51,315 nt of DNA from positions 1 to 51,315 of the IMG/VR virus record IMGVR_UViG_3300027774_000001, one strand, 5' to 3'. This stretch comes from a virus (Duplodnaviria; Caudoviricetes). Under the pieces are notes generated by a model. The model was not told the DNA's origin. It worked only from the letters and a program-made list of their open reading frames with translations, and ran no database searches. Position 1 is the first letter of the stretch. The number at the start of each line of letters is the position of its first letter. Shown piece by piece: positions 50,900 to 51,315 of this stretch. The position numbers were made by a program, and so were the translations under genes.

Positions 50900-50907
50900 T
50901 ATTTATA
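50900..50907 (-). promoter_or_regulatory. T4 late promoter TATAAATA
   Basis: Exact consensus about 28 nt upstream of the gp25 ATG; overlaps the TAA at 50903-50905. Confidence 0.7.
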
Positions 50908-51091
50908 CTCGTTTTTCCAAATATTTGTCAGAACGCGGATCAGTAATAAGATATCGACAATATTCATTCCCATTATCGTAGAAATCGTCAGACATGTCTA
51001 CGGGAATGTTAGCATTTCTCTTACCATCTATAATTCTATTTGCCTTGCCCACGATACCTCTTCTTTGCTCTGTTTCTAGAGGTTGCACCAT
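50903..51091 (-). CDS. Small hypothetical protein (start uncertain; the true start may be internal, e.g. ATG at 50995)
   Basis: PVDMSDDF...LITDPRSDKYL fills the gap between the basic microprotein and gp25. The long form overlaps the upstream gene by 56 bp. Confidence 0.4.
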   Translation of the reverse strand: MVQPLETEQRRGIVGKANRIIDGKRNANIPVDMSDDFYDNGNEYCRYLITDPRSDKYLEKRV

Positions 51092-51176
51092 ACCTTGTAT
51101 GCTTACCTCTACCTTGTGATGTCTTTTTGGGTTTTGTTTCTACCCCTACTTTACCCATGCTGTATTGTGTTGCCAT
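51036..51176 (-). CDS. Small very basic protein (46 aa)
   Basis: MATQYSMGKVGVETKPKKTSQGRGKHTRYGATSRNRAKKRYRGQGK; ATG at 51176 has a strong GGAGGT RBS and follows the PAAR stop by 2 nt. Confidence 0.75.
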   Translation of the reverse strand: MATQYSMGKVGVETKPKKTSQGRGKHTRYGATSRNRAKKRYRGQGK

Positions 51177-51178
51177 AA

Positions 51179-51315
51179 TTAACCTCCTGCAAAAACGTTT
51201 GATGATCCTGCTGCAACTGATGTGCAACCTGATATTCCATCCCCTACTCTACCACATCCTTTGCCATTTACAAATACGGTTGTACTCCCTGTTGCAATTG
51301 GTGCAGAATGACCAG
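51179..51315 (-). CDS. PAAR-repeat baseplate spike tip protein (gp5.4-like), 5' end truncated
   Basis: Hand translation GHSAPIATGSTTVFVNGKGCGRVGDGISGCTSVAAGSSNVFAGG* matches the PAAR pattern GS.TV.VNG....R.GD...C...A.GS.NVF.G; missing from the ORF track. Confidence 0.85.
   Translation of the reverse strand, partial: GHSAPIATGSTTVFVNGKGCGRVGDGISGCTSVAAGSSNVFAGG

Noticed and set aside
1485-51079. Numerous 60-213 aa plus-strand ORFs and short alternative-frame minus ORFs
   Set aside because: They lie within or across long minus-strand genes, have Pro/Val/Ser-rich antisense composition, and show no recognisable motifs.
51036-51227. 63-aa version of the basic microprotein given by the ORF track
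   Set aside because: The extension overlaps the PAAR gene; the ATG at 51176 has a GGAGGT RBS and follows the PAAR stop.
1-51315. CRISPR arrays, tRNAs, introns/inteins, homing endonucleases, genetic-code reassignment
   Set aside because: Almost no non-coding space is present, and no nucleotide-level direct repeat arrays, intein or HNH/GIY-YIG/LAGLIDADG motifs were noticed. Genes read through in the standard code with normal stops, and the repeats are degenerate protein-level ones.

Overview
The window is the baseplate and tail-fibre region of a large, AT-rich T4-like marine myovirus, most likely a cyanophage (Kyanoviridae-type). All genuine genes lie on the minus strand and are tightly packed. 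In transcription order they are: PAAR spike (partial), two microproteins, gp25, gp6, a giant 4232-aa gp7-like protein, gp8, a VrlC/DUF4815-like protein, several small adaptor or fibre genes, giant 2409-aa and 3446-aa modular fibre-like proteins, and a receptor-binding/accessory cluster. That cluster holds a fibrinogen-domain protein, a propeller-like protein, two helical hypotheticals, a U32-family Fe-S/SAM-methyltransferase fusion and a glycine-rich adhesin that runs off the left edge and is missing from the ORF track. T4-type late promoters (TATAAATA/CTAAATA) sit at several gene junctions. The most striking observation is five alpha-helical modules in two giant virion proteins that align by eye with the phycobiliprotein globin core, keeping equivalents of the bilin-binding Cys82/84, its Asp counter-ion and in most copies Cys153. 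Cupredoxin-like type-1 copper motifs occur in gp7 and the 2409-aa protein. Together these suggest a possibly chromophore- and metal-decorated virion. All family calls are by-eye motif recognition against recalled consensus sequences; no database searches were run.
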